NCBI RefSeq assembly: GCF_015062615.1 | Contig: NZ_SUUH01000005.1 | Location: 16,061 to 80,060 of the forward strand | DNA from: Denitrobacterium detoxificans | Lineage (GTDB): Bacteria > Actinomycetota > Coriobacteriia > Coriobacteriales > Eggerthellaceae | Reading direction: 5' to 3' | DNA length: 64,000 nt | Part shown: positions 62,226-64,000 of the stretch, one piece after another | Numbering within the stretch: position 1 is the stretch's first letter | Layout: each line of letters begins with the position of its first letter | Program-made: the position numbers and the translations under genes | Notes under the pieces: generated by a model | The model's database searches: none | Told to the model about the DNA's origin: nothing | What the model saw: the letters and a program-made list of their open reading frames with translations, nothing else

Positions 62226-62912
62226 ATGCAAATACTGGTTGTAGAAGACGACATCCGCCTCGCTGATGCCCTTGCCACTATCCTGCGTAACAATGACTAT
62301 CAGGTCGACGTGGTGAACGATGGCGAAGAGGGCCTGTATTACGCCCAGAGCGGCATCTACGACTGCATCGTGCTCGACGTGATGCTTCCCCATAAGGACG
62401 GGTTCGAGATCTCGCAGCAGCTGCGTCGCGAGAAGAATCCCGTGCCCATTCTCATGCTCACCGCCCGTAGCGCTATCGCCGATAAGGTGGGTGGCCTGGA
62501 CAGCGGCGCCGACGATTACATGACCAAGCCCTTTGCCCCCGTGGAACTCCTTGCGCGCATTCGTTCGCTTACGCGCAGGCAGGGCGATGTGGTGTTCGAG
62601 TCGCTGGAGTTCGGCAACGTGAAGCTCGATCTGGATACGTGCGAGCTTTCGTGTGGCGCGAAGAGCATTCGCCTGTCGCAGAAGGAATTCGCCATCATGA
62701 AAATCCTGCTGGCAAATCCCTCGCGCGTAACTTCGAAGGAAACGCTCATAACCAAGGTATGGGGCTACGATTCCTCTGCGGAAGATAACAATGTGGAAGC
62801 GTACATTTCCTTTCTGCGCAAGAAGCTCGATTTCGTAGGTTCGTCCGTGCATATCGAAACGCTACGCAAGCTTGGCTATCGCCTAAGGGACGACAATGGT
62901 GAAGACGCATAA
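62226..62912 (+). CDS. OmpR-family response regulator
   Basis: Receiver domain MQILVVEDD..DVMLPHKDG plus winged-helix C-terminus ..LRKLGYRL. Confidence 0.95.
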   Translation: MQILVVEDDIRLADALATILRNNDYQVDVVNDGEEGLYYAQSGIYDCIVLDVMLPHKDGFEISQQLRREKNPVPILMLTARSAIADKVGGLDSGADDYMTKPFAPVELLARIRSLTRRQGDVVFESLEFGNVKLDLDTCELSCGAKSIRLSQKEFAIMKILLANPSRVTSKETLITKVWGYDSSAEDNNVEAYISFLRKKLDFVGSSVHIETLRKLGYRLRDDNGEDA

Positions 62913-64000
62913 GAAACGCAAGGGGAACACGGCGTTCGAAGGCTTTCGCCGGAAGTTCGTCGTTACGAACATGGCGTTCGTACTCGTCGTTTTGGTGGCG
63001 GTGCTTTCTGCCGTGGGCGTGGCCAATTATTCGCAGCGTGTAAGCGAAGTGTACGATTCGTTGCAGCATCGCGTGGGCATGGATGTAGCGCAATCGAAGG
63101 CTTCGAACGCGGGTGGCGACGAAGTGAATTGGGGGAGCGTACCCCCTGCGTCCACTACTCCACTCTCTGGGTCGGATGAATCTATTTCCGCAGGAAATGC
63201 GGGGGAGGGTACCCCCTCTGAAGCGAATGCTGCAAATTCTTCCGAAGCGGAATCGGGCCAGAGCGAACAAGCACCCAATGCTGCGGAGGGTGATGCGTCC
63301 CAGCAACCTAGCGGGGATGGTATCGACGGTGCCCAGATGGGCCGCGACGGCATAGGCAGCCAGATGGTGGCAACGTCCTCGTTTTCCGTTGACGCCGATA
63401 GTGGCGAGATAACCGTTCTCTCCGATACGCTTGGCATGGATTCCGACGTGCTTGCCTCGGCTGCTTCCGTTGCGCAAGACGCCATTGCTGAGTCGGGCGA
63501 ATCCATGGTCCAGGGGCATGCCGATGGTCTGGGGTACTACTACCGCATCGAAAAGACCGAATCGGGGTACATGCTTGCCTTTGCGTCCGATACGTACGTA
63601 AGCCAGGGAACGCTTTCTCTGCTGGGTCCCTTCCTGCTTGCGGGCTTGGGTGCCTTGGCGGCCTTCTTCGTTGTGAGCGTGCTGCTTTCCAAGTGGGCGG
63701 TGCGCCCTGTGGAGCGTGCGTGGCGTCAGCAACAGCAGTTCATTGCCGATGCCAGCCACGAGCTGAAGACTCCGCTTACCGTGATTATCGCCAACGATTC
63801 CATTCTTGCCTCCCAGCCCGATGCCACGGTGGCGTCTCAGATGCAGTGGATCGAAAGCACGGAAACCGAAGCGCGCCTCATGCAGGGCCTGGTAAACGAC
63901 ATGCTTTATTTGGCCCAGATGGAAGACGGGGAACGAGAGCATGTGCTCAGTCGCTTGGATTTCAGCGATGTGGTGCAAAATGTCGCCCTACAATTCGAGA
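62896..64000 (+). CDS. sensor histidine kinase (partial, runs off right edge)
   Basis: Own translation from ATG 62896 (17-nt overlap with the RR gene): TM1, about 190-aa Ser/Ala/Glu/Gly-rich extracytoplasmic region, TM2, H-box ADASHELKTPLT. No stop before the window end. Confidence 0.88.
   Translation, partial: MVKTHKKRKGNTAFEGFRRKFVVTNMAFVLVVLVAVLSAVGVANYSQRVSEVYDSLQHRVGMDVAQSKASNAGGDEVNWGSVPPASTTPLSGSDESISAGNAGEGTPSEANAANSSEAESGQSEQAPNAAEGDASQQPSGDGIDGAQMGRDGIGSQMVATSSFSVDADSGEITVLSDTLGMDSDVLASAASVAQDAIAESGESMVQGHADGLGYYYRIEKTESGYMLAFASDTYVSQGTLSLLGPFLLAGLGALAAFFVVSVLLSKWAVRPVERAWRQQQQFIADASHELKTPLTVIIANDSILASQPDATVASQMQWIESTETEARLMQGLVNDMLYLAQMEDGEREHVLSRLDFSDVVQNVALQFE

Overview
64-kb high-GC (about 60% by eye) actinobacterial chromosome segment. 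Gene content suggests a Coriobacteriia/Collinsella-like genome: an fhaA-fhaB-pstP-rodA/pbpA-pknB block and three wall proteins ending in YRLYNPN..GW..EG repeats. This taxonomic call is inference only. Everything here comes from reading the sequence and ORF track by eye; no searches or folding programs were run. Family names are recalled from motifs and need HMM confirmation.

Ordinary content: upp, rpiB, glyA, dCMP deaminase, a complete F1Fo ATP synthase operon, aroK, an aldehyde dehydrogenase, a ModABC-like transporter with a LysR regulator, pdxK, serS, a purine permease, a class I aldolase, a two-component system, and tRNA-Ser(GCU), tRNA-Arg(CCU) and tRNA-Leu(CAG). No transposase, integrase, CRISPR array or recognisable defence gene was seen.

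Two things stand out.
1. A family of about 200-240-nt structured repeats (6 full copies plus 1 fragment). The core blocks are conserved, while the closing stems and internal helices differ in sequence in every copy yet stay complementary. Each copy carries an internal terminator-like hairpin. Every full copy sits just 3' of a transcription unit in sense orientation, forming convergent pairs at three gene junctions.
2. A tightly packed operon at 57168-60989: VTC-type (polyphosphate-polymerase-like) domain protein, DUF4956 membrane protein, and a secreted Cthe_2159-type beta-helix lipoprotein. It looks like an uncharacterised envelope polyphosphate system. A paralogous beta-helix protein sits beside a polytopic Ser/Thr kinase.

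Further oddities: a natural SEDS-bPBP fusion, an APC-permease/degenerate-GGDEF/EAL fusion, a GIY-YIG/AlkD-like fusion, a 4-half-site nested palindrome next to tRNA-Leu, and a duplicated tRNA-Ser 3' end plus terminator.
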